A stretch of 64,000 nucleotides of DNA, from NCBI GenBank assembly GCA_001938485.1, contig MQRK01222230.1, forward strand, positions 1-64,000, read 5' to 3'. The notes under the pieces are model-generated. The model ran no database searches, was not told where the DNA came from, and saw nothing but the letters and a program-made list of their open reading frames with translations. The position numbers and the translations under genes were made by a program. Position 1 is the first letter of the stretch, and each line of letters starts with the position of its first letter. Shown here one piece after another: positions 38,400-51,616 of this stretch. The stretch is from Girardia tigrina (lineage: Eukaryota).

Positions 38400-39370
38400 C
38401 TACTTAGATGTGTGAAAATTTGTACATTAGAAATTCAGACCAGGAAGAAGAATTCATCGGGCTATCAACATCCTGCAGAAATTACATGGGAAAGCTCAAT
38501 ATAACAATATCAAAATATTCGTGATATTCATCGATCAGGAAATCAGCTTTCAATATTGTTCCCCTTGAGTCATTCTGAAGTTGTTTAAATAGACAAGGTA
38601 TAATGAATCGAATATTTGAGATCATTAAAGCCTTCCATGAGGAATTAGAAGGCTGCATTATGAATGAACTATTCAAAATGACAAAGGAAAGCAGCAAGAT
38701 TATCTTGGACCTGCTCATTTTCAATATTGCCTTTCATACAGTTTTAGAAAGGGCAGGATCTCTCTACAGGGGTAAGGGATAAATACAGAAGGCGGAGATA
38801 TCTTTGAGATAAACCAATTAGCTTATGATGATGACCTCTGTTTTATAGACACTGTCTGGAACAATCTGATCCATAATTAAAAAAATATTAAAAAAGCATC
38901 TTTTGATTTTTAGCTCAAAAGAGACATTTGTTAGGCCAACATTTTGAACCCATACTGCTTGATGCTGGTATTGAAAAGATATCTAAATTCAGTTATTTAG
39001 AATCTACAATCTCTTCAACTGGCAACGTTGATGAAGAAATAAAGATATGGGTGAAGACAGAAGCCCAAAAGATCATGGAACTCTAGCCAGTACTGAAGAG
39101 CTCTAAGCTAAGAAACAGGAAATAGATATTTAATTCGTGGATATTTCCACAGCAGTCATAGCTGTAGAACCACCGACAAGAACATTAAGAATTTGCACGC
39201 CATTTTTAATCTGTGTGCACTACTTATTTTGTAGGTAAATAAGATCTAAAATATCCATATACACACTTGACATTTGACTTCAGCACCATACGGATATCAT
39301 TTCAAGCAGATGATTTACCTTACATAGTAAGACTAAAGCGACTGAGACGTTTTAGTGCATGAATCAAATT
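38400..39370 (+). mobile_element. Degenerate non-LTR (RTE-like) RT
   Basis: LAY(D)DDL and FSYL.STI remnants; boundaries approximate. Confidence 0.6.
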
Positions 39371-39399
39371 AGGAGACCCGAAATAATAATGGAGAAAAA

Positions 39400-40770
39400 T
39401 ATCAGCAGGAGAAAAAAAGCAGTTTACCTCAGAATGTCTGTGATAAAAAAAGCCAAATTTGTTCTTCAACATTTATCGCTCCCTCCATCCCCATCGATAT
39501 CTGTTGCTAAATATTATTGGTTCACTAGAACGTTGAGATTGAATATAGCACCTACATGCTTTCGCTTCCTTCATTGGGTAGTACTGATGATACCGCTGGT
39601 TCTTCAACTTATTCTATTGAATCAACATAATGATCACGAATAAGATTCATCAAAAGCCACACTTTTGTCTTTTACTACTATCTGCATAATTTGCATTGAA
39701 AGTCTTTGATGTCAATGGACCTCGTACAGAATTAGACTGCTTCAGTCTCCGAGATCTTTGTTGGTTTCCTGTTAGACATGTATTGATAATTCATGACTCT
39801 GCATGCCTCTGGATGTATTTTTGAACATAACACAGCTGCGAAAGGGACATTTTAACTTTTCCTCGCAGACAAATCCAGATACATCATGCTGCAATTTTAT
39901 AGTATCTGATTCAGAAAGTGATTCTACAACTTTGGTCTTTAAATCGTCTATCATATAGATAATGCTTTGTGAAAAACAATTCGATAACAATGATTTCCTT
40001 GGTATGCTGTTTTCAGTTTCCTGTTTACTCATAGCATGTTATCCATATGCAATTACGTTTGTATTTCGTTTGCCATCCAACTGAGATAAAACTGCACCAA
40101 TGGTATTGCGACTAGCACCTGTATCTAAAATGAAATACATCTAGAAATCAGAATATATCCAAACTAAATTTTTATAAGAGTTTCTTAAAATTGACAAAAT
40201 GATTTTTCATATTCATCTTTTTTAATATATTTTCTAGATTCCCTGAGAAACTTTACTAACTTCTTAATCATTTTTTGATAATAATTATAAAGACCCGAAA
40301 AGAAAGTCTTAATTTTTTTAACAAACGTTCTTTTCAAAAAACCTAAAATTTTGTTTTCCTTTCAAGAAAATGACAATTCTCTAGGTGACATTCAGTTTTG
40401 ATTTTTCATCTAACACCACTTGATAGTACGCATTTTCGAAATCGATTTTATTGAAGACACTGGCCCCATTTAGAGAATCTGATAGTTCCTCGTGGATTGG
40501 CAAAGAGTAAACTGGTCTTTCGGGTACTTTATTCAGCTGCAAAATCCAAACAGTTTTTATATCCAGTAGTTTTACTTCTTGTTTGTCTTTTTTCCATATA
40601 CAAACAAGGACGAAGTGTCGGCTGCGAGTGGAGAACGATAAAATGAGTATATGATCCAGCAGGCGCAGATTATCCATTCACTAGCCAGACAACAGAGGGT
40701 CCTGTGCCCGATGCTTAGTGAATATGAAGAGATTCATGCAATCACGAGGGCGTGTGATGACAAAGAATAA
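39400..40770 (-). mobile_element. Degenerate Gypsy pol fragment
   Basis: LNGASVFNKIDFENAYYQ (RT) and LDT.AS...IGAVLSQ (RNase H). Confidence 0.8.
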
Positions 40771-41008
40771 ATATTAAGGAAATGAAAGTTGTTTAAATTT
40801 GTGAATGAAGTTGTAAAGTGAACGTAAAAATTGAAATTCTTTTACAAATATATTTCCAGGAACTTACTTGAAGCCTTTTTATTTATTTATTACAGATTAT
40901 ATAACATAAAAAGATTAGAAAACCGAGAATCTTTACAATAAAACAATAAATAGATGCAGTAAATAGGAAACAATTAATTAAAATTTTCATTAAAAATATC
41001 TTTTTTAC

Positions 41009-41320
41009 TAAACATCGTAATTTTCCATTCTCCATTAACAAGTGATTCATTTGTATCCTTCCAAACTAAATCCCATTTTAATTGTGCACAAGAATAAGCA
41101 AACACAAAAGGTAAATATTTAAGTGGATAAATTATGACAACATTTGTATAAAGGGAATAATAAGAAAAGACTATTTCAATAGAAGTAATTTTAATGGCAA
41201 GGATCTTTGAGAGTAACGGATAATTTAATTCGGATGTTACAACGATGGGATCTTTATCTTGTATATCATACGCACATGGTATGGAACAATTTAGATCAAT
41301 GAATCTCATTATCGGAGTAT
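41009..41320 (-). CDS. Multi-Ig receptor exon 6
   Basis: Acceptor cttttag after a 50-nt intron, donor gtaaaa, phase 1/1, 312 nt open. Confidence 0.8.
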
Positions 41321-41370
41321 CTAAAAGTGTATTATTTATGTATAAGTTAAAAGTAACTAAGTCTTCGTAC

Positions 41371-41685
41371 TAGATTTTGGAACTTGAAAATCTAAAGGCC
41401 GACAATGTTTTGTATAATCATCAATAAACCGACATCGACATTGGCACATAATGTTTTCGTCAAGAAAGAGATCATTCACCAACAATGTATTATTTTCAAG
41501 GTAAAATTTAGTCAAAATATATTTTATTTCTTCAAAAGTATTTAGCTTGTTATTTGGAGGTATCGGAATACTTTTATAACTGCATTTTATATAAACCCAA
41601 AAATAATCAGCAAAGTTATTTATTATACACGACATAAGGGTATTAAAGGCAAATTGTTTTGGTCTTAAAATAAGATTTGGTACAT
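41371..41685 (-). CDS. Multi-Ig receptor exon 5 (P-x10-C...IxC...CxC domain)
   Basis: Acceptor tttcttttag, donor gtacga, phase 1/1, 315 nt open: VPNLILRPKQFAFNTLMSC...YIKC...MCQCRC. Confidence 0.85.
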
Positions 41686-42041
41686 CTAAAAGAAACATAT
41701 ATAATTAATTCAATAAAATGCTGAAACAACGAAAATGGCGAAATTTATTATTAAATTTTAATAAAATTTTATTATATTTCAAATTCAAATAATTTTATTA
41801 CAATAAAATAAATATATGTTAGCAAATTTAAATAGACAAAATGTTCACAAAAACCTTTTTATATTCATAGCACATAACATAATAAGTCCCGGTCTGAGGG
41901 ATTTATAACCTCAGTGTTGAAGTTATAACACAATTTCTGCAGAGCAGAATCTTTGAAATAATAGATTTGAAAAAACCATCACATTATCATAATTTATTTA
42001 AAGTTATGTAATTTTAGTGACACATGTATTATAAATTTTAT

Positions 42042-42130
42042 GGGGATTTGTTACTGTGTTAAGCCAGTCGGACATACCTCCACGTGGTGTCCCTGGGAAA
42101 CTAGAGCGTGCTCAAGGCTAAAGTGTCCGA
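42042..42130 (+). ncRNA. HDV-like self-cleaving ribozyme
   Basis: P1 ggggat/gtccct with G1-U wobble; P2 tcggacat/gtgtccga; P3 acc/ggt; L3 tccacgt; P1.1 cc/gg; P4 ct-a-gagc/gctc-a-ag; J4/2 gCtaaa with catalytic C at 42118. Confidence 0.92.
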
Positions 42131-42336
42131 AGCTTGCCTTGTTGGGGTGCTGACCAACATAGTACGTGGGTCTGGGCCTGCAATCCATGCCTTTAAAAGG
42201 CATTGCTATCCGAGCGGGATGTGGAAATGTCTTCGGACAACGCCCACTATCAGTTGAGGGGTGAAACCCGATGAAACACCGACTCGGCTCCTTTGGCTCC
42301 AGAGGGGCGTATGCGGATTACCGCGGGAGGGAGGTG
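42042..42336 (+). mobile_element. 295-bp non-coding retroposed element headed by an HDV-like ribozyme
   Basis: Perfect 12-bp TSD tataaattttat (42030-42041 and 42337-42348); GC-rich; begins at ribozyme G+1. Confidence 0.88.
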
Positions 42337-44524
42337 TATAAATTTTATATCAATGGATAAAACCAAATTTCGGTCTTGATAAAACTTTGTTATCTGATTA
42401 ATACAATTACTGTTGAAATGAAACTCTGGCATCAAAAACCTTATGGAGAATCTGCACCAGGGAAATCCCTCATTATTTATTCGTTTTGCCAAATTTAATT
42501 GCAGTTGTATGACTACCGATGATCATGAACGTCAAAGTCACCCCAAATCCGCTGTTTTTCCGGAAACCATCTAAAAAATTCACGACATATTTTTGAAGGA
42601 ATGTAAAATGAAATTGAGTGAAATAGACACCATCTTGAAGATATCAGAAGGCAGTGTCTTTACCGTTTTACACGAAAATTTGGGTGTGCGTAATTTGATT
42701 TCGAAAGGGACGTTGCGTTTGTTGACATCAGATCAAACACAACAACGCATCGACAATTCACAACGCTGTTTGAATCTGTTCAATAGAAATAAAAAGGATT
42801 TTTTGCGTCGATATATAATAATGGATTAAACTATTTCATACTAGAATAAAAAAAATCTTCACGTAAGTGGAAAGCATCCGGTGAAAGTCGTACAAAACGA
42901 CCGAAAACTGAATATTCAGCTGGCAAAGTTATGTGTTTGGTTCGATTTGGGGGGATGATACAGCCGATTTCACCAGTGCAAATAGGGCACGTGTGGAGCG
43001 CATCAAAAGTATTGAAAATGTCAAGATTATTCGCTCTATGTTCAATGATTCAGCGAAGACGATTCCTAAGAATACAATGGTAATCAGCGAGTTGAATGTG
43101 GCAATAAAGCAACAATCAACTGATCCAAATGTTTGGAATGAATGATTTTGCAGTCACAGTAATATTGCAAGACCAAATCTATCAACACCTTTGAGTCAAT
43201 CAAGTTCGGAATGTATAAAGGGTCAATCTCAATCCTTGACAAACTTTGTGATCAACATTAACAATCGTTCTGTTGAAAACAATGGAAGATAACGTTCTTA
43301 CAATGGATCGAATCAACGTTATTCGGAAAATATAAATTGCATTCGATCAGCTCTTCTGCAAGATCGATCCAGTAGATTCAATCGATCGCAAATTGAATGT
43401 GTAAAAGACAATATAATCGAAAATCTCGTGCAATTTCATCTCATACTGAATTTCAGTTATTTGAAGAAAATGAGTCTCGAAAGAGACAAATTACAGATCT
43501 TATCAAACGGTTATTGACTGATTATGCTATCCGACCGAATAATTAGAGTGACGGCGGATCACAAGTTATTCCACGTAAGAGTAATTAGACTGAAAACCAA
43601 AAAATAACTCCTACAGGTGGTTGTACCAAAAATATCTCTGTATTATATGAGGTACTTGTGATTCCCATCTGAAACAGAAAACTAAAGAAAAGCTCTTGAA
43701 TCTCGTTGAGTCAGATTAATCTAAATAATTACCCGCCTGGTCATTGTACAATAAATATCGATCGGATGTCACCTCGATGCGAAGGGATCTATCACCGCCA
43801 CCCAATGTTCAGAAGAATAAAGCGATCTTCAATAATATGATTATTCTACCAAATTTCAATGATGACTCAATAGATGATAATTTATTCAACGATATCAGCA
43901 AGGTTCATTTATCGCCGGTGTCTCAACAAATATCAGTTCAAAAACCTCTTTCTAAAGATTCAGATGTTATTTTACCTCCTAAAGTGTCTTTGGTCAATAA
44001 AAATACACAAGTATCAAAATCAAAAAAAAAGGTAATCAGTGAGTAAATGAGTGAAAAGAGTCGACAAGAAATTGAAACTAAATCAAACATTGGTCACTTC
44101 ATTTTTTTGCTTAATTCATACTAGAATAAAAAAATCTTCACGTAAGTAGAAAGTATCCGGTGAAAGTCGTACAAAATGACTGAAAACTGAATATTCAGCT
44201 GGCAATGTTATTAAATCCGTATTTTTGGACGTACGCAGGTTTTGGTTTATATACTACTTACAGAAAGGTTAAACCTATCAATTGTGATTATTATATGACA
44301 TGGTTTGATCGATTGAGTAATTTGATCAACTTTGAACCATCTGCTCTTAAAGCCTAGAACTCGAGATAGTCGACTTTTTTAGGTTTCAAAATTTTTTTTG
44401 AATTTTATGTCAAAAAATAAAAAAACAAAGGGTGAATTTATTATTTATTCATCAAAATCATCACAAAAATTTAAAAAGCAGGTGGTTCAAAGTGTATCTT
44501 ATTCAGCGCGGTGAGTTCTATATA

Positions 44525-46270
44525 CCGTGTGATTCATAAGTCGTCGTCTCAAGATATGGAACTATACTCCGATGTAATGTAAAACTTTTTGAATATGATA
44601 TAAATGTATTACGACATGGTTTTTTACGCAGTACAACTTGAAGACATGAAAAGAAAAAGGTTTTACAATAATTGTTCAAAATGTTCACCATTTTTCTGCA
44701 AACACAGATTGCATCGCTCCACAAAATTCGTGTAGCATTTTAGAATGATGCGGTGATCGATGTCTGACTCGACCTTTTCTCTTATAAAGCAAAGAAAAGC
44801 TATGGTTTTCTGCAGACTTTCATATTCAATTATATTCCTTTGATTGTTTACGCCCTATTGATTGATTATCCGGTTATTCAATATCTATGAAATTGAAATT
44901 TTAAATGTCTGATATTAGTTTGTGTACTTTCACTTTTATTCAAATGCGCCAACTGCCAGTACAATGGCTGAANNNNNNNNNNNNNNNNNNNNNNNNNNNN
45001 NNNNNNNNNNNNNNNNNNNNNNGATATTAGTTTGTGTACTTTCACTTTTATTCAAATGCGCCAACTGCCAGTACAATGGCTGAAGCAAGTGGAAATGTCG
45101 AATTTTCTATTAAAGATAAAGTTTTCATCACTAGTCATGTAGTCGTTTAGGAAAGCTGCACAAAAGCGTGTCAAATTTTTAAAGAGCGTTTCAAACGTGA
45201 ACCGCAACGTGAAGAACAACGGTTCAGCATTGGAAGAAGAAATTCGAAGAAACGGGGAATTTGTCAACAAAACCGCGATCATGAAGACCATCTGATGAAC
45301 ACATGAAGGAAAGTGTTGTTCAGTATGTGAAAGAAAACGATACTGCAAATCAACGACGGGTTGCACGTGTCCTTGGTACTTCGCAGAGTTCTGTTCATCG
45401 TTANNNNNNNNNNNNNNNGGTAAAGCCTTTCAAGTTTTCTTTTCAACAAGAGTTAACAGAAGATGACCCAGATCGAAGAATTGAATTTTGTTCTTGGATA
45501 ATCAACGAAAATGGCACCAATTTTTGCAGAAGAATTATTTTTTTTCTGCTGAGGCATCGTATTACCTTAATGGTCATGTGCGAAAGCATAATCTTTTTTA
45601 TTATTCTGAAGAGAATGAACATCGTTTGATTCGTGTGCCTATGAAATCGCCGGGATTAACTGTTTGGGCAGCTGTTTCCTNNNNNNNNNNNNNNNNNNNN
45701 NNNNNNNNNNNNNNNNNNNNNNNNNNNNNNNNNNNNNNNNNNNNNNNNNNNNNNNNNNGCTGCCTTTTGTTGGGGATAACACGCAACACTGGTATCAACA
45801 TGATGGCGCACCCCCGTATTTCAGCATTGCAGCGCGAACGTGGCTGGATGAACATTTCCCACAAAGATGGATTGGTCATATAGGACCCCAGGAATGGCCA
45901 CCTCGGTCTCCCGATTTGACGATACCTGACTTCTGGCTATGGAATCACGTCAAAGATCGAGTTTACGCCATCGAAAATAACTATCTGAACCTCGACGAAC
46001 TACAAGGCGCCATTTCAAGAGTGCTGTCAGACATCGATCACCGCATCATTCGAAAATGCTACACGAATTTTGTGGAGCGATGCAATCTGTGTTTGCAGAA
46101 AAATGGTGAACATTTTGAACAATTAATTGTAAAACCTTTTTCTTTTCATGTCTTCAAGTTGTACTGCGTAAAAAACCATGTCGTAATACATTTATATCAT
46201 ATTCACAAAGTTTTACATTACATCGCAGTATAGTTCCATATCTTGAGACGACGACTTATGAATCGCACGG
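44525..46270 (+). mobile_element. Tc1/mariner DD41D (rosa/Visitor, long-TIR type) element
   Basis: ~215-bp TIRs, TA flanks; FS(A)EA, QHDGAP and WPPRSPDLTIPDFWLW with 41 residues between the second and third Asp. Confidence 0.9.
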
Positions 46271-46685
46271 TATGTACCAATTTTCATCGAAATCGGGATG
46301 TGCGGGTTCGGGAGGTTCCCTAGTAAGAGAGATTGTTGTGAATATGTAAGATTTATCAATTCGGATATAATTTTACTTTTATCCAACTGCTTTTTTCATT
46401 ACCTGATTGTTTCAGGAATAATAGTTGTTCTAGCCTTTCTGGTCACTATAATGTCAGTGTATAAACGAATAATTACTTTAATGTAATAATTTCAAATTAA
46501 ATGTAATGGTTTGTAGAAAAAAAACGAATTAATTATGTTTTAACATAACATTCTTTTTAAAAATGATCTTTTAGAGTTAGAAATACTGTAATTTTTATTT
46601 TGGAATAAAATTATTCATATTTTGAAGTAAAATTGTTTATAGTTTAGAATACAGCTATTTATATGTTGGAATAACTTTGTAATTA

Positions 46686-47380
46686 CTCTGAAATCTCGTT
46701 ATAAGCCTTAGGCTTAGTAGATAAAAAAAGTTTTTTTTCAGCTTGGTAGAGGCTTAGTATCAAGGCTTAGTAAAGAAATTAGAAAAATTAATTAAATTTT
46801 TTTTATTTTAATATAAAAACTTAAATCTGATCTTTATCATCATCTTATTCATCAATTCCAAAGTTTCTCTCATCCGTTAAAATGTCAATGAGTTGATCAC
46901 GAATTTCTTCATCATTAGTTTCCATGTCATCATGGTTATCATGTGGGTCTTCTTCGGAGACTTGATCAATTTCTTCTTCATCATCACCGTAGAATTTGAT
47001 TGTTGTCTTTTTGAAACCACTTGCAATTGTTGAGACTGGAACTTCATTCCATGCTTCTGAAATCCATTTTGTAATTTCTTCGTATGATACACGCTTTAAA
47101 TTTCCAGATTTTGTATAATTTTTGTAACCATTTATGAGCCAATTTTCCCACCTGCTTCGAATACGTGATTTTAACGATTTATTGACACTGATATCTAAGA
47201 CTTGTAGTTTTTTAGTTAGACCTCCATGAATCATATCCATCAAAGTACCACTGCGATAAAGATTTTAGATAAAAATTCAGGTAGCAGCTTAGTAAAAAAT
47301 TAGAAAAATTATGATGACCGAAATTATTTATTAAGCCTCGGGCTTAGTAACTAGTAGAGGCTTATAACGAGATTTCAGGG
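46686..47380 (-). mobile_element. Internally deleted pogo element
   Basis: TIRs ctctgaaatctcgttataagcc / ggcttataacgagatttcaggg; TA TSD; IHGGLTKKLQVLDISVNK..K and WISEAW. Confidence 0.9.
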
Positions 47381-47451
47381 TAAGTCTGAAAACGCTAGAA
47401 GCTTAATTACACAAATAATATTTGTTAATATGTAAATATCATGATTAATAC

Positions 47452-47760
47452 TTGTTATGGGGAGATGAAACCTTTTCCTGTTGAACTCCGTAGCACTAAA
47501 TTTACCTTCACACCAACAGGATATAATCTTTAGTTGAAAGATCAAATTCAAATGGAGTTCGTTTTCAACATCGACAAAGATTTGATCAAAAACTGATTTC
47601 GAATATGGATCGAGGTAGTCTCTATATTTTCGGTTTTCTAATAACAATGTAAAATTATTGAAATCACAGTACCACTTCAGACTTAGAGCTGTATTTAGAA
47701 CCGAAGAGCAGGTTAAAATGTCAAATGCATTTGGATAAGTTGGTGTAATAATCACAAAAT
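47452..47760 (-). CDS. Multi-Ig receptor exon 4 (WxC/CxC Ig-like domain)
   Basis: Acceptor tatatcag after a 48-nt intron, donor gtatta, phase 1/1, 309 nt open: ITPTYPNAFDILTC...KWYC...ISCWC. Confidence 0.88.
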
Positions 47761-47808
47761 CTGATATAAAAATAATTATTTAAAAATTTAAAAATACGAT
47801 AATATAAC

Positions 47809-48108
47809 CTTTAGTAGTTAAAAGAAAATCTATTTGAGGGAATGCTTCTCCGGGGATGGATACTTTATGCTTGACAATACAAAAACAATACAGAATACGT
47901 TCTAATTTGTCGAAAGATAGATTAATGATATTTTCCTTGATTTTCAAGGATTGAATAAAGGATGTGTCCTTAGCCGAAATAGTCTGCTTGGATTCGTCTA
48001 CATAACAACCCCAATCATAATGTAAATCTCCCAACGGTTGATCGAAAAGACATTCCAAATTTTGTTTCAATCGGGGAACTTTTGGTTTTAATGAAAGTGT
48101 TCCATAAG
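47809..48108 (-). CDS. Multi-Ig receptor exon 3 (WxC/CxC Ig-like domain)
   Basis: Acceptor actgtag, donor gttata, phase 1/1, 300 nt open: LSLKPKVPRLKQNLEC...YDWGC...LYCFC. Confidence 0.88.
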
Positions 48109-49257
48109 CTACAGTTTAACTTTATTTCCTTTATTTTTTAATACAAAAGCATGTATAAATATAAACTTATTTTAGGAATTTTTAAACATTAACATAAAAC
48201 TTTCAGATCGTTATTAATTTAAAGACCTCAAAACATCTGAATTATAATGTAGAGACAAACAAGATACTTTAATATTTATTTTTAAAATTTTTGATATTGT
48301 TTTATAATTACTAACATCAATTTAAAAATTAAGACTTTTTGGATTTAATTTCATATTAGCATTGAAGATATCACTTTTCATTCTTTTGTAGCTCGCTTGT
48401 ACAGGAATCTTGGGATCTAAATGATGTAGCTCAAGCCTTTCTTACTGGTGAATTTTATAAAAATTAATGTAATTGGATTGTGTGAAAAGAAAAGATAAAC
48501 TATTCTTCCGCTGTGATAACACATGAAAAATGATCTTTCAAACCATTCTTAAGGGTTCCTTACAAGAGGTGACCATGTTATATTAATGGAAGATATAATA
48601 AGTATTCTTAAAGTATTTTGGATCCTCAGGAGCGCTGGAGTAGCCGAAAAGTTGCCCTCATCATCATAAACTTTGATTTACTGATTTTTTAAACTAAAAA
48701 AAAGTTAATTTTTTGACATTTAATGTCATGTTAGTCAATACTTTCACACTTAAAAGAACAAAAAAAATGAACTCATTAATTGAAAACATGAGAAGCCCCA
48801 GAAATTTTATAAATTATAATAACTTATAACACTGTTCTGTATTGAAGATCTTTTCATATTAGAAAAAGCACAAAAAATCTTTTCCAGCAGCACTTTCAGA
48901 ATTTTCAAATTTGCAAAGCCTAACATTTCATTAAAATTTTTTTTACAAAACAATAAGCAGATTATCAACCACTCAGCTCAGATCATTTGATGTTAAGGAA
49001 ACTTTTACAAATCAAGAATGTCAGTGTTAAAAATATCAAATATTTTTAGATTTCATTTTAGGACATTACGAATGTGTCGAGAGGCTACACATAATTGAGA
49101 GGGTTGCAAGCGACGAGTGACTCAAAAGCGCCGTTATATGATGGTTTCCCGATTCCGTAATATAATCAGCTAGCACAATTGATAAATTTCAGCTTTTAGA
49201 CGAATAACAGAAAAGCAGATGCGTGCAGATGGTTCTCCGTGTGAGTGTTTAGTTATA

Positions 49258-49332
49258 GAATATGGATCGAGGTAGTCTCTATATTTTCGGTTTTCTAATA
49301 ACAATGTAAAATTATTGAAATCACAGTACCAC
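49258..49332. repeat. Exact 75-bp copy of exon 4 sequence (47601-47675)
   Basis: Identical by direct comparison. Confidence 0.95.
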
Positions 49333-49360
49333 AGTACAATACCAAATCAATTATGGTTAA

Positions 49361-49785
49361 TGTGAAGTGAACTCACACATTTGACAGAACATTTATTACA
49401 TTCACAATTTTGATCATCTCTTTGACGATCAATAGTATTGCTTGCACTTAAATCCATCACTCAATGTTTAATACTTCTCATTTCAATCTGAACTTAAAGA
49501 AAATTATTTTATTTAAAATATTTAAATTAAATTTTATTGGCTAAAATAAAATTACTTTTTAAAATCATTTTTAAACATTAATTTGATTTAATTATTTAAA
49601 ATTTACAATAATAAAATTTAAAAATTTAAATATGTAATCTAAATTTGAATAAATTAGTTTAAGATAATAAGAATTAAAATATTAATCATCCATCCGATTA
49701 GGAGAGGCACAATCCCAAATCAACATAAAACATTTAAACATGCAAACACTACACAAAAACATCAACACACCAAATATTCCTCACA
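49361..49785 (-). mobile_element. Solo LTR
   Basis: tgtga...tcaca termini with perfect 5-bp TSD gttaa. Confidence 0.85.
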
Positions 49786-51616
49786 GTTAATATTTGGATC
49801 TATAAGGAAATATTTTGTGAAATCGGAGACTGCTAAAACTAATTTTTTATGAATTGTCATTGAATTATCATTGAATCAAATTAAAATATAATTTCATTTA
49901 ATTTCTATATTTTTCGTATTTTGTTATGGTTATTTATATTACAACATTTGAGGGTAATGTATCTTTTTGTATTTTTTGATTGTTACTTTATTATAGTATA
50001 TCGTTGACATAAGTATTTCTATATTTTAAAGAACTGATATTATTGGCTTTTATTTTTATTTTACAATAATTGTTGTTGTATTAATGTACCGATATTTAGA
50101 AATGGGTACTACTAATTGGTGTTACTTTGCTTTAATTTTAGAATTATTACTGGTGTTATTATTTCCAATTTATTTAGATCCATATTATTAATTAGAGAAA
50201 TTTTCGTTAATATTATAATAACTTGTCGTTTATGGAAGCGATTTTCTTTCGCTTATTTTTTTTGACCATCAATGATAAATAAATTATGAATTAATTTTTT
50301 TTTAAAACTAATTCAACTGAATAAAAAAAATTTCGTATTCATTATTTTAGAAATTTTTTTCTTCTTTGTTACCATTGAAAGTTTATACATTTTTTTAAAA
50401 GCTTGTAAAGCTTTCTAAATTTTATATAAGATTATTAAGTTCAGAGAAAAGCCTCTTTTTTTTAAAAGATTTTGGTCTTTCAAATGTTTGGATGAATTCT
50501 CATGTCCCTACATCGGTTCTTACTCTTCTTTTATTATTCAAAAACGCAGATGATTAAAAAAGATTGTTCCATAAAGCTGTTTTAAAGTTTCCTTTATCGT
50601 TTAACTTGATGTTTGTCATAAGATATGTCTTTTATTGTATTTTTAATATTTAACTGCATAAAATCGAAACAAGTTTTATTTACTGTTTCCTTTTTTCCAT
50701 TCACTCATCATAGAAATTTTGCTAGTTTCATCATTTTATAACGTTTTTATTAATTTAGTTTCGTCTGTCTGTTTGTTTAAGATTTTCGTAATTTTGCAAT
50801 TGATTTTTCCATGGTCTGATTGAGCAGCAATTTTTGTCCAAACCTGAAATCCCATTAAACAATATGAATTAATTAAAAATTACTATCTAAATGATTAATA
50901 TTAGTGGTTCTTGGAAACTCGTCAGAATTATTAATATCAGACATTAAAACTTTTATTATACCACAAAAAAATGTTTAAATCTAATATTTAAACAAATTTA
51001 TTTTTTTTGAGAAACTATTTATTTCATAAATCTTAAACCGATATAGATAAAAATACATATAAATATTCATATTTACTTTTTTATTATTTCTATAATTACG
51101 ATAATACATTAAAATATTTAATCGTTTCATTTAATTTTATTACTTTTTTTTAAAATCGTTTCACATAAAAATTATACACTTTTTTACTTTTTATATTATA
51201 TTAAAACTCTCAAAAATTTTTATTAGCAATTTAATTGATCTTAATTTTAGTAATTTTATTTTTTCGAATGTTACATATTTAATTATATAAAAAATTTTAA
51301 TTTGTACATATTTAATATAACTTTATTTTTTCGTAAGTTACATATTTAATTATATAAAAATTTTAATTTATACATATTTAATATAACTTTCTTTCAAAAA
51401 TTTTCCTAACATTTTTAATTCCTAACAATTAATAAGTCTTTTAAAAAACATCCTGATACAATTATCCCATATTTATAAAATAAATATTAAACAATTTAGT
51501 TCAAATATGTATATTTTATCTTTGTCATAACTTTATGAATTTTTGGTACATTCTTAAAAATAAATACATTTTTGGATTCCTAATTAATTTTAACTTATTT
51601 GATTAGATCGTTGTCA

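Larger units (their letters stand above)
41865..44330 (+). mobile_element. Degenerate mariner element interrupted by two insertions
   Basis: MDKTKFR start, SV.TVLHENLG..., LRLLT.DQ..QR, RYIIMD, SAGKV and FLD remnants; boundaries approximate. Confidence 0.75.

Noticed and set aside
42250-42280. Hammerhead-like cagttga...gaaac inside the HDV element
   Set aside because: Core is not CUGANGA and stems I and III do not close; treated as a GAAA-tetraloop hairpin.
44911-45083. 62-bp direct repeat
   Set aside because: Flanks an N gap; most likely a contig-overlap artefact.
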